A stretch of 64,000 bases of DNA from Trichosphaerium sp. ATCC 40318 (Eukaryota > Protista > Tubulinea), in the NCBI GenBank assembly GCA_038496445.1, contig JALMLS010000216.1, positions 124,001 through 188,000 on the forward strand, read 5' to 3'. This document shows positions 1-12,206 of the stretch, piece by piece (position 1 is the first letter of the stretch; every line of letters begins with the position of its first letter). The translations under genes were made by a program, and so were the position numbers. The notes beneath the pieces are model-generated. The model worked only from the letters and a program-made list of their open reading frames with translations. It was not told where the DNA came from and made no database searches.

Positions 1-596
1 TAACAGCTCTGGGTCAATGAATAATACAGTATCGTGTATTGTTTTATGCTGTTTTAATGTATGAAACGTTACAAGAGACGTCACTAGTTGTTCTTTTGAC
101 GCTATAGGAATATAAACAGCTTAAAACGCTTTAGTTGTCTTCATACCAGCGATTGAGGCGTAGCAATAGCTGTTTATCCCTCTTTGGTTTTGTACCCTAT
201 CAATATCTTGCGTATCTCTCGCACATATAATATCTAAGCAACAGAATCAGATGAACCAACGTTAAATTAACCACGTGGGTTCTTTTCCGTTTCAGATTCT
301 AACAAATACTTTATTATTAATGTGGGGCGTACAGACTAGCGTCCATACTGTCGAAACAGTTACAATTGGTAAGATGCATCGTTTAATCCACATGTGAGAC
401 CTCAAAAAAAAGCAAGTACACTAAGTCAAAACATATCAATACTAGGTTATCCAGCTGTCGTTATAACTTCTCTACAAAGGGTTAAGTAGAGGCCCTAGAT
501 ATCAAAGCCTACAAGTTTTCTTGTAGCGCCAGTATAAGTAAGTGTATTTGCATGAGAAAAACAAATATTGAGAGGTTCCCTTATGTACTCATTGTG

Positions 597-782
597 ATGC
601 TTTTGTTTTCTTTGTTTTTTGGTTTGGCTTAGCGACAAGCGCATGTGCCAATGAGACAAAAGTTGTATTCTAGATTAACCCATAACGGCGTTATCTTACT
701 TTAGCCACCCGAACAATGTGCATTACGTAATCTTTGAGGTATTCAGAAATAGAAAACAAGAATATTAAAGAAAACATCTGTG
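597..782 (+). repeat. Dispersed repeat copy 1 (kinase-derived fragment, internally deleted)
   Basis: Shares AGCGACAAGCGCATGTGCC, ACGGCGTTATCTTACTTTAGCCACC and TACGTAATCTTTG with ~21322-21518 (+) and ~58195-58420 (-). Lacks a 58-nt internal segment. Confidence 0.85.
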
Positions 783-1028
783 GTTTTGCTCGTTCAAATT
801 TTTCTTGGCTTAGAGTGATGCCCCTACGATTGAGGTTGTTGTAATCTGGGTGTTTTCCTTGAACTTTTAGCCTGGATTTCTTGGCTATCGTTTCCGTGGA
901 GGTTTTGATACTGATTTATTCAAAAGCCTATGTACAACGACGAGTGGCTGTTTCAATTGTTAGTTTTACGAACGTTGACAACGCTGAGGATGGTCGTAAA
1001 TACCGGGTTTTTTGGATTCAAGAAAAAT

Positions 1029-3400
1029 TTATTGAGCTTTTCCTTTCCTCCGTCTACGTCTGCGATTTTTTGAAGGTTTAGATGCCTGTCTTGGGTTTCC
1101 TTGATCTTCTTTTGTTTCATCAGTTGTTCCTAAAGAATGGAAGTTCATCATTAACTCATCCAAATCATCATCTGCTCTGTTTTTCTTTGTACGACGAATA
1201 ATTGTTTCTCCTTGTTGTTTTCCTCTTCGTTTATTTTTCCCTCTTTTCGTCTGTTGTCTTGGTCCTGTTTTTACAACCATATCATCATCTTCTTTATTAG
1301 TATCAAGAGTATCCATTTTTTCAGCTAATACCTAAACAAAGATTAAATAAGGTTTTGCGTTTCTCAAAATATTCCTTGTTTTCTGGGGTTGTTAAACTGC
1401 AAAAAACTCGAGTAAAAATCTTGTTGATTGACACAAAAAGAATACTTAGGGTTTGTAGGAGCAAGTCCACAGTAACAGACATTGTACTTGCACTTGATTT
1501 GGGTTTTTTCAAAAAAAAGAAAGAGGATTTTAGATGAATTGTTTAGTCTCTTGGTGATACCTTTTCGCGCTTGTCTTCATCTTCATCTTCACATTTTTCT
1601 TTCCAATATCTCAGAAGATTTATCAAATGAGACATTGAGCAATGTGCAAAGTAGCTTCGTAGAGAAGGAATCTCTTTATTATAAAGCTTGAGTAAAATAG
1701 TTATATACTCACTCTTGTCAGTAAATCTATCCAGGAAAAACAGTTAGACAAACTTTGATTACTCTTAGATAATACCCTGATACTTGTCTTCTAGCCATTG
1801 ATTCGAAATCTGCAACATTACTATCTGGATTCAGCTAATGAGAAGAAAACAAGATTAGCAATTGATTTCAAAACTGAAGAACAATTGTTTGGTACCTTAT
1901 CGAGTGTATGTTTATAACATGTCTCAAGGCATTCTGTCAATGCATCAAGATGTCTCTTTACATTACCATAAATAGTGGCATGTTGTGGAAAGTACGTTAG
2001 GAATTCGTCACCTTTAAAAAAAGGAGTTAGAAAGAAAAGATTTTGTTTGATTATTTTTTTTTGAATATAATATTATATTCGTTGTGGTACCTTCATTTAC
2101 TCTTACAACCTCAACCATATTTCTGTAGTTTTGTTTATGTTTTTTTTTACTATCACACATATGTGCCAAAGCAACATAAGCAGGTGACTTAATATCTTGA
2201 TTAGTCTATTGAAAAAGAAGAAGAAAAGCGTGACATTACCTTTACTTTGACTCTATTGAACTTTGCATCACATACAACGTAACCTTCTACAATACAAATA
2301 TTAGCTTCAAGTATTGAAAGTAATGGGATACTAAAAAGGGTTGTTTATATGTACCAGCCTCTGTAGGTTTTAATAAACGAGCTGCATCAACAACTTCGTT
2401 TAAATTTGATAATGGAACAGTTTTGACACATAACCACCCGTTTTCCTTGGCAACTGGTTCAGGTGATAGCTATGAATCATGAGCATTGATTATGTTATTT
2501 CCGTATACTTACTTCCTCCAAAGTTTTCATGTCCCTTACACCATGTAATGTTACAATATCTTTATCGGGGATTACTTGTATAATATTTCTAAAACAAAGA
2601 ATGTTAATTTCTTAGCTCCTACAAGTCAAGAAAACAAAATCACGTGCTCTTTTGATGTCATCTCAAATAAATAAACGTATGTTGTTTCTATAGGATCATT
2701 GTATCCCATCTAGTAGTGCGTCAAACCTCACAAAAAACAAATTGTTCATGAACGAAAATATGAGTTTTTTGAAACACTGTCAACGGAACTGTACCTCCTT
2801 CCATATTCTCCAAAATATTTCTGCTATCGTTGGACCTTCTCTGTTTAATGGCATTGATGCATCTGGTACACCGATAGAAGCAACATTCCATTTGTCGCCG
2901 TACCTTCAACGAAAATTAAAAAAGATGTCAAAACAAAAGTTTTTTTTTTTCGAAGTTGGTACAAGTTACTATGTCTCTCTGGAGCCTACGCACCAGTACA
3001 TGTCTATCATAGTACCATCAAGCTTCTCATATACCTTTGCTGTCGTCCAATCAATTTTAGCTGCACATTTCTCACCGTAGTTGAAGAATTTGATGTAAGG
3101 GAGTGCGACAGGCTCCCAGTTATTCTTTTCGTCCAATATTAAGCCTCGGCACTCTTGCACAATTTTACGCGTGAATGGAGATTGTAGCTGAGCGATTTAG
3201 TGCGTTTTAAGTTGTATTGGGGCATTTGGTTCATAAAAAACTGTAAAAATTACTATGCGTACCTGATTATACCGTAGAGAATATAGGTTAGGAAACTCGT
3301 TCGATTGACGCACTTGGATTGAAAATTTGTCCTTCAAAGCGTCAATACCATTGAGTCGTACAAATTTAACAACAAGGAGCTTGGATTCGTTGAGTTCCAT
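1029..3400 (-). CDS. ATP-dependent RNA ligase (T4 Rnl1-like nucleotidyltransferase) with basic C-terminal tail; multi-exon
   Basis: Spliced translation gives YNQ-LQSPF..VQECRGLILD, KFFNYGE, motif I YEKLDGT, FEMTSKENII, EGYVVCDAKFNRVKVKSPAYV and GDEFLTYFP. The last exon (ORF 1029-1316) is K/R-rich. Confidence 0.85.
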
Positions 3401-3533
3401 TAATCACTGCTTTTTCTAATGTAGTTACCAAAATGTAAAAAACAGCGAAATTTCCAAAAAATTGTGTTCTTTACTCAAAATCAGTTACTGTTCAACTACT
3501 GTAGTCAAGTAAGCCTCACACTACAATACGTTA

Positions 3534-3967
3534 ATGATGCAGATGGCAAGTAAACGTTCAGGAAAAACAAGCACAAAAACGCTTGATAACACTGAGGATA
3601 AGTCTAATTTAGAGTATATCCCTCCCCAAGTACGTAGTTTGCTATAAATTCTAAAAAATGTCGTTAACAGCTTAGAAAATGCGCATAATGTGTTGCTTCG
3701 CCTCGAAAGAGATACTAGCGGCCTTTGGTGTTGATGACAAGGAATTTACGTTAGAACTTGAAGTACCAGCAAAAGTAGGCTGGCTACTACATACCAAAGA
3801 GCTAATAAACCTTTTAGACAACTCCAGAAGCTCTATTGAAAATTTTGGGTGACAGATACCCTCAACTTGCTGAGGTGATCCCTAAAACGACAGTAAAAAT
3901 AGATGGCGTCACACCAGGTGGTATAAACTTTTATACATTGAATGAAGGCGACAAAGTGACAGTTTAG
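3534..3967 (+). CDS. MoaD/ThiS/Urm1-like beta-grasp protein lacking C-terminal diglycine; 3 exons
   Basis: Spliced: KMRIMCCFASKEILA...TTPEALLKILGDRYPQLAEVI...IDG...LNEGDKVTV*. This is a typical MoaD pattern, but it stops before PPVSGG. Confidence 0.6.
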
Positions 3968-4074
3968 AAAATGAACAAAAAACTTGACATCAACTACGCT
4001 TATTATTCTGTCCGTGTGACAGAACTACGATGAAATACATAAAGCTTTTGCCCCTTTGTACTACAAATACTACC

Positions 4075-4780
4075 GCGGAAGTAAGATTAAATTAAGAAAC
4101 GGTAATTTTGGTCTTCCGTTTTTATGCAAAAGTCGAATGACTTCAGTTTTTTCGACTTGAGTCGTTTTGTACAAATTAAGCAATGTCAACTAATATCGTA
4201 TTGCCGCCTTATAATTGTTACACTAATCTCCGAAATACCATTTGTTGTTAAATCAATGTTAAAGTACAATGTGCTCAGTGTCATCAGCAATGGATGCCAA
4301 AATTCTCATTTGTGGTACAAATAGATCCGGTGAATTCTACGTCAATGACTTCCCCGATTGTGTGCCAATTATAGTATCCTTTCCGGAATGGTCAACTGGT
4401 ACATTTGTAGTTTTTACAAGCAATTGTAACTTGGAGCCTGTCTCCAATTTTCAAATTATCAAGCTCTGTATCACCAACTGGATTTATATCATGCCTGTCA
4501 TTATAACGGTTAGCCACGGGGAATCTTTGTTTTGTAAAAAAAGGTACCAGACAAAGAAGGAAGAGGAGGCTGCAGCAGCCGCGCACAACGCCGAGATACC
4601 CAACTTTTTCACAGATACCACAGATACGTGAAAAAGTCACCATGGAGTACACCATTGACCCATCTTTTTTTTCAGCAACAGAAACAGATTGAGCTGCAGC
4701 GAAAATTTTGTTGTGGATAAAGAACGTACTAACGCTTTTTGAACGTTAAGTTTAGATCCATTGCAATGGTTTTAGGGGAT
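4075..4780 (-). pseudogene. Degenerate gene of unknown family
   Basis: Exon-like segments with recognisable GT..AG introns (WHDINPVGDTELDNLKIGDRLQVTI; PDLFVPQMRILASIADDTEHI; EVIRLLHKNGRPKLPF) are broken by stops and frameshifts. Confidence 0.35.
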
Positions 4781-4918
4781 ACGTAAATCATCGTTGTATA
4801 TCGAAGGTTGTATAAGGTGTAAGAATAAATTTACGATGCATCAAGTTGTTGGGTAACGTGAAAAAATCAACTGCAACTAAAAATAGCAAGGAAAAAAATT
4901 CACGTGTTGATTGTTTTA

Positions 4919-6087
4919 TTACAATGACAAAGCGTAAACAGCAAATTGGGGTACCCAATGATCATAAGCATAGAATAATTCAGATTGAATATAATTCTTT
5001 TGAATGGCATCATGGTCCCTCATACCTTGATGAACATGATCATAAAAAGATCTCTCAAAGACATCTGATAATTCTTTGTCATCTACGCGTCTACTCAGAG
5101 ACCGTAAAGCCCAAGCACGGCTCCAATTTAATCCGAAAACATGAACAGGCATATCAGAAGACGCTTTAACTTTCAAAGGATCAAGATTCTGGCCAATTCC
5201 GCAATATTCTTTGATGAACGCCATAAGACGCTCTGTATCGAGTACAGAAGCTATTAAATAAGCCAAGTTTCCAAAGGGCGAGAAGAACTCCACTGAGGAG
5301 TGATCTGAAGTAAAATCACGCACAGAACAGTTTGATATGTTGTCTAGGATCTCTATTGTTATGTTCTTTACTCTTTCCATCTTCTCTTTGCTTCCAATGA
5401 ACTCGTAAAACTCATACAGCTGTACAAGAGCCCAAGGTATATTGCTGTACTCAACAGAGCATGGATCTATCTTATTGAGAGCTTCTATACGTTTTATGAG
5501 AGTATCAGCAACACCAGATGCAATTGGCCGTAGAATAGTATGATTCAAGTTATTTTCTAGCCTTCTCAGTAGTTAGCACAGCCAAGACGAGAACCAACTT
5601 GTCGGCAAAAACGCACGTTTGCTTTTGACACCATTTTTCACAATCAATTGCTAGCCTCAACAGCCAAGCTCTTCCGTATGGATACTCAAAGTTAGGATGT
5701 TGGTTTAGCAGCTCAGTTTCTTTTAAACGGATTAGTAAAATGAAGCAAAACCTCTTCTTCTATACCTTTTTTCAGCGTCTCTGGTGTAAATCGCTTATAC
5801 ACTGCAAGGGCTTCATTGTGCGACTGAGGATCATCTATTACAATAGCTTTATGCCGTTTAAGCTTTAAAGTTTTTGTACAGCATAGTTACTAGCGTACCT
5901 ATGCGGAATAGTGCCCAATGAGCATGAACTGCAGAGTGCCAGTCGTATGAGCCGTTAAAAATTGCATGGTTAGTACATTCCTTCAATAAACCAGCCTTAA
6001 TCAACGGACGTAATAGCGTAAGCTGCTGTACTCTTTTTGTCTAAATTATCGAACAGTTGAAAAAAAAAACGCTTGACGCACTTCCAT
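4919..6087 (-). CDS. DUF2891 family protein; multi-exon
   Basis: Spliced motifs HAIFNGSYDWHSAVHAHWAL, FEYPYGRAWLLRLA, HVFGLNWSRAW and YAYDHWVPQFAVYAL match the DUF2891 pattern. Confidence 0.85.
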
Positions 6088-6299
6088 TCCGTTGATACCG
6101 CTTTGCTTACAGACATACTCCGTACTCCGTTATTGGTTTTGTTTTGTGTGCCGCGACTTTTTTAAACTGCATTTAGACGTACGTATGTCAATTATGTTTT
6201 TTACGCTGAAAAACGTAGTGGGATGGTGTTTAGAGCTAATGTGCTAAACATGTTTTCTTGCCATATTTTTACTCACCTATTTCACGCATTTTTGGTGTA

Positions 6300-7240
6300 T
6301 AGTGGGCTTTGAGGTAGCCAACAAGGCGTAGTGCGCCTTGTTATGTACTTTACACGAACTTGTCCACAAAGCAAGTGTGACAATTTGAGCGTAGGAGTCA
6401 CGACAATATACAAGGAATCGAATTACTGTTTTGGTTAGTACAAGCAGAAAGACCTCCTCACAAAGTCTTAATCGATAATTTGAGCACGGAACTCGTAATT
6501 GTCACCAACATTTCCGGGTGACGCGGTCATCTGTGGGCTTAGTGGCAGCGAAAGGGATTGTTCACAAAAACCTCCGTAACGAAATTTTGCTTTTTGGTAT
6601 TTATGTTTTGTGTGTTCTTCATTTAATAAACAAGCTGTGAAACGTTATTGCGTAGTGTTATACTTTGATTCACTAGACCTTTGCTGAATTAAGAACTTTT
6701 GGGGTAGTCTGGGGCAGAAAACTACGGCTTTTTTAGAATAGTCGTCGCGATAGCTGCTTCTCCTTGGTTAACGCGATGTCGAGTCTAGTACGCACTTATA
6801 TTGGTCTAATACGCGAATACTTATAAAATAATAGCTACATGCTCTTCAAGTGTCTCCAATATTCTCATTTATTGACCACCACAGCGCCGAGCTATTTTTC
6901 TTTTGGTACGTGTCTTCAAGACGAAAAAACGAGAATATCGTACTGTATCACTAGTGGTGCATTGTTTCATTCCTATGGTTGTTTTTCGATACTTACTAGT
7001 GTAGGATGAGTGTCCCAGCTATGGCGTTGCTTTTACTACCAAAACGGTATGGTATCGCTGTTTTTACAGTTCTTTGTATTGCGAGCATGGTGCGCATAAA
7101 AAAATCTCTTAGACATGAAAGACTAACGGTTCTCAGGCCGTTTTGGGCTTCTTGTGCTCTTTTATAACACTAGCGCATATTCCACTACTTTGGATGGCTT
7201 GTCTAGCGCTTAGTGTAGCACCAACATATTTATACAAGTA
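6300..7240 (+). pseudogene. Heavily degenerate protein kinase pseudogene
   Basis: Collinear relics across frames: GVVRLV, IQGIELLFWLV, AKGIVHKNLRNEILL (VIb-like), YFDS (DFGL-like), TAP/ELF (APE with 1-nt deletion), SYGVA, PFW. Relics are interspersed with intron-like sequence and stops. Confidence 0.45.
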
Positions 7241-7243
7241 AGT

Positions 7244-9284
7244 ATGATAGCATTAAACCACAAAGTCGATTATCAATCGGAATCGCACAAAAACGAAGAA
7301 AAGTGACAGTTTTTTTTTTTGCGTTCCGTTTTTTTTTAAAATGGCAGTTTCGTTAGACATATATGATATAAACAATCGCCAATATATGCAATGCTTGCCA
7401 ATTGCAGTTTTCGAAAAGCAAAAAATTGTTTTGTTTTAAAGATAAGTGTGGTTGACTGATATACGATATTTAGAGAAGATAAAAAGATCTTGACATTAAG
7501 ATGGATCATTGTGTTTTTATACATTGCATTCTACTTTTATATTAGCATTGTTTGCAGAGAACCTGAGACATTAAATGCTCCTGACCCTTGGTCTGCACCT
7601 TCTCCTTTTTGTAGTGGATTAAATGCGACTGATATGCATCCAATCCACTTTGAAACATTTAAGCGTGAATACACAAAGATGCACAGGTATTTGACCATTT
7701 TTTTTTTTTTTTTTTTGAAGATATATCTTCCCTGTTCTTTGTGTCAAGGTTCTTTCTCCTTTGATATATCTGTTTTACTTATGACATTAATATATTTAAC
7801 TAAGTTTTGTTTTAAAGAGAGATGATGGCTGGACCAAAGTCCAAACAACGGTTACTTATTTACGAACCAGGAAATTTTGGACTTGGAAATAGATTACAAG
7901 CTATCTTATCCGCATTTGTTTTGGCAGCAAGTACTAACCGTGCATTCCTGCTTCACTGGAAAGAGTCTTCATTGTGTGACACTGACGCACGCGATCTATT
8001 TCAGGTAAGCTTTTGACACTGACACCTTCGAAAAGCGCGTGAATTGAGATCTCGTGGTAGTCTAAAAACTCAAAAAAGGCAACTTTCTACGCCAGAATAG
8101 AGTGGATTTGCCTTTTTTGAATGTTTGGTCGAAAAAATACTCCATTTTTTATGATTATTTATTTATTTTTTGTTGTGTAGGATGTTGATTTTGGGTGGCA
8201 CTTACATAACTATTCTGATGTGAGTCTATCTGGAAGAGATGTTTTCAGAATGGATTTTGAGTATAAAAGAAGCCATCCTCTTCGATGGGGCTCAACTTTT
8301 CGTAACTGTTACAATGGCTTTGTTTGTGATGCTGATCTTGGTATCCCAGAGGATAAACGGATTGTACACTTAAAATCAAACCAATGGTACACTATACAAC
8401 GAAAGAAAAACTCCGTCAGATTTTTTTCGCTTTTTTTGTTGGCTTTTCTCATTTTTTTTTCGTGTCTTTTGGCGACTTACTTATTGATTTACTAGGTTTT
8501 TACCTGCGCTAATGCATAATGAACACCACCGTTATCAAGTTTGTAAAACTTTTGGTAATGTGAACGAAATTTTTGGTCGTCTTTCACGTTGGCTTTTGGT
8601 ACCACTTCCAGAGATTCAAGATGTTATCGATAGTGTAAAAGAGAAGCATTTTAAAGATAACACTGTTATTGGTATTCAAATAAGAGCAAACGAAAAATTA
8701 GGCGTACCAAAGCGTCATATCCCAACATTTCATTCTTGTGCTACTTTTCTATCTGACGAACCAACAACTCGATATTTTTTGGCCACAGACAGTGGTAAAG
8801 TTCGTCAACAGTTCCGTATACACGTTGGAGATCGTCTTATAGATGTACGTCCTAGATAGAGCGTCAGAACTCAAAGTTTCTGACTTTCTTTTGTTTAGAT
8901 TCCAAAAGAGAGTTTCAAAGGATTGAAACCTATTGCAATGGCTCTTGTGGATATGTGGCTTCTTGGTGAGTCAAATGAGATCATTGCTTCACCTGGATCT
9001 ACTTTTGGTGCAGCTGGATTTGCACGTACTGGTGTTGTACCACATGTCGTGAACAACCAGAATCAATGTGTTAGGTATGTGCCCTCATGCATTCTTTTTT
9101 GTTTTTTTTTTTGTTTGGTTTTCTTGGTTCTTTCTTCTTTTTTTCTGTTTGGATCTAACGACGTTTTAGGATGTTGACAAGTCAACCTTGCTTTCATTAT
9201 TACTTTGGTATGTTCAGACTAAAATGTTGGACAGCTGAAAAGCTAAAAACAGATATGCTTAACCATGAGAATTGTTTTGTTTGA
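7244..9284 (+). CDS. Type II membrane alpha-1,2-fucosyltransferase, GT37 (xyloglucan FUT)-like; multi-exon
   Basis: N-terminal TM WIIVFLYIAFYFYISIV; GLGNRL, IGIQIR, FLATDS, ALVDMWLLG..STFG, SQPCFH. Confidence 0.8.
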
Positions 9285-9519
9285 CAAGTATCAAAGAAGA
9301 AGCAAAAAAAAAAGAAAAGAAACCAAAACAAAAAAGAAAAGGATGTAATTTTAACTTGTGAATAAAATAAAAACCAACCACAATTTTCAGTGCGAGAAGA
9401 GCACCTCCCCAATAACCGAGTGATTAAATAATTAGTAATACAAACTTGATACTCAACACGCAAACGAAAACAATAGATGAAATGTGACGTAAGAACCGTG
9501 ACCTGAAATAACGCTATTT

Positions 9520-12185
9520 TTTTAGCTAAGGCTGATTTTTCGAGATGGGATGTGATAGGCAGCCTTTGTGCAACTCTGCAACGTACACACTAGTGTATCC
9601 TTATGGAATACTTCACATGAGCATAAGGGCAGAAAGTCACGTGGGTGCTACAAATCGGGAGTGGCTTTTAAAAAGTGGGCTTAACGTTACAATCAAACAG
9701 CGAATGTAAAAGCACAATGTACCTACGCTGTAAACCTTGAAAGTTTGAGGAGGTCGTTCTCAAACAATGCGACACTGAGAAAAACTCAACTATTGTTCAT
9801 TTCTGGTAAGCAATGAGACCTTTTCACTTAAATTTGACACCGTGACATCAAAAACCAAGAAATAAACAAAAGCGGTTTACGCTAAACTGCAAAACGCCTT
9901 ATTTTTATCTATTTGGTGTTTGGTCGGGCTTAGCAAGCGTATAGTAAATAGAATAGTCTCCAAATTCAACAGGTAACCCTTTTTCAAATGAGATAAGTTT
10001 AACCGGCCTTGAATAGCCTTACCTTTAGTAGAAACAGCGATTTTCATATGTTTTGACTCGAATAGTGATTGACCAATACTAATTGCTTCCCCTGCCGTTA
10101 TATTATACTTTTCTTGCATCCATTCTATAGCGTAAGTGCCAGTAAACACGTCATTCCATGTATAAAACCTCCCACCACGGAATTTTTTAATGTTCTCTGT
10201 GGAAAACGTGCTATCAACAGCTAGCATATCTTCAAGTACTTTTAAGGGTTGCGGTGATCCCATGTGAGGCAGATTAGAAGGTACACTTTGGAAAGTAAAG
10301 ACAAGAAAGCTGCAAACTGAGGTCAACTTTTGTAAATTGTTAAAAAGGTTCAAAGAAATAGTGCCTGTCAAATTTGGTATTACGGAGAAGATTAAAAAAC
10401 CACACAGCTAACAGACTATTTATTGTTTGAGTAGCTACTCATGTACAAGTTTTCTATCGAGTGTTAAATCCACAGTTCCTAACTGTGTCAGCAAAGATGG
10501 TAAAAAAAGAAAGCTGGTGCAAATTGTACCAATCAAATTGGTAACAATGCCTCTTCTGTCTCCATTTTGCTTTCCACCCAGCCAACACTGCTGGTAAAAC
10601 ATCGACAGGTGCCAGGACAATAGGTTGATTCAACAAACTCTTTTTGGACTGAGCTTGTACAAACTTTTCATAGGGTACTTCTGTGAACTGCAGCTGACCT
10701 TTAATCATTCCCATGCTAATACTATTAGTCTGCTATACTGTCACGTAAACATGGTGGTACTTTAAAGCATTCCAGAAGAAGGGAATAGTGGGTACATTTT
10801 CACATGTAAGAGGTACTGAACCAATTATCTCCCAAGCACGTGATGGTGGTATACCTTTTCCAACAACATCAATGATTGGCTCCACATTAGAATTATTTCC
10901 TCCAAAGCGTGCTAAATAGAAAATGACATCATGCTGTATTTTTGTAGCAAATGGTTTGCTGTGTTGCACTTTATCAAGAAAAATCTTAAGATGAGAGAAG
11001 GATGATGCGTTTTCGGCAATAACCCTTCCAAGGCATCTACTGCGTCCAGCTTGCTTTTCAAGCTCTGAAAGTTCACTGGGTGTCAATTGGCTCCAGAATG
11101 GAGAACATGCTGCTATGATGCTCTCAGCTAGCTGAGCTCTTCCATCTGAAAGATGTTTTCTTAGGTATTCTTTTGCAATTAGCACGCCAGCTTGTTCATC
11201 AATGAGACCAAGTATTCTAAAATCCACGACATTCAAATCGTATTTCATTTCGTAGCAGCGACCTGAAATTAAAAATGACTCACTCGTAATGCGAAATATT
11301 CCATTAGAACTGATTGCTCTATGGGAAGGACGACTAATGGTTCCAAACCATCCTTTAAAAAAATTAGACTTATTTTGTTGTACACTACAACGTACTCCCT
11401 TGAAAAGCCAACTGGATTGCAGTGGAAGCAAAGTCTCTAGGCAAACAGTGTCGCACTAAGTTATCGTCTATACAGCGCCCTTCTACCTGTAGAATTGGCG
11501 TAACACGTTCTACAAACGACTGAAAGGGAAAATCCAAGATCGCAACAAGCTATGGCTTCGTATATATGTAAAACAAAAATTACAACTAAAACCAACCCGT
11601 AATCTCTCAGAGAGTTTTAACGAAACGTGAAACACTGCTTAAATTGCCAACAGCCACGACGTACAGCTTGTACACGCTTGATACGCTCTTTAGAAGATAA
11701 TGTGCAAAGATTGTCGTAGATCGAGGATACAGAGTCTTGGTAGTGACTCGCAAGCCAGTTAAACCCATCACCGTATTGCAAAACAATCAGGTAGTTATCT
11801 TTTGTCTCTCCGCTTTCGATTTGCTCCAATTGAGCTGTTAACACTGTACTGAGTAAAGCAAAATCTCGAGATACGCGCGTTACGGTTGTATTGGTTCTTC
11901 CAAGCCTTACTCGTAACATTTCGCAGAGTAGAGTACATTATAGACGCTTAAACTTGAGTTAAGTTCGTACCTTCATTTGATACCTACAGAGTGCTATGAA
12001 AGTTTTCAACATGAAGAACACATAGACCTTCCTCAAGTTACGCGCTGACACACATGGCGGTTATGCCAAAGCATGTCACTTTTTACCCACACTTTTGTGA
12101 ACTTGTAAACAGCCTCTTTTTTTTTATTGCTAATTTTCTATCTTTTTACAGGCAATATATTAAAGTGGTGGTATACTTGATGCAT
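9520..12185 (-). CDS. Uncharacterised multi-exon protein with a C-terminal DEP domain
   Basis: ORFs 11617-11919, 10733-11431, 10454-10714 and 9877-10371 are collinear. The DEP pattern is DVFTGTYAIEWMQEKYNITAGEAISIGQSLFESKHM. Ends are uncertain. Confidence 0.55.
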
Positions 12186-12206
12186 TTTTTCGAATATGGT
12201 GCATTT

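Noticed and set aside
300-600. Possible LRR pseudogene on the - strand (GFDI*GLYLTLCREVITTAG*)
   Set aside because: Similarity is too weak and short to support.
4392-4403. In-frame TGT ACC AGT TGA (CxxU selenoprotein-like) on the - strand
   Set aside because: It lies in a frameshifted, stop-containing pseudogene-like region, with no thioredoxin-like context and no convincing SECIS spacing downstream.
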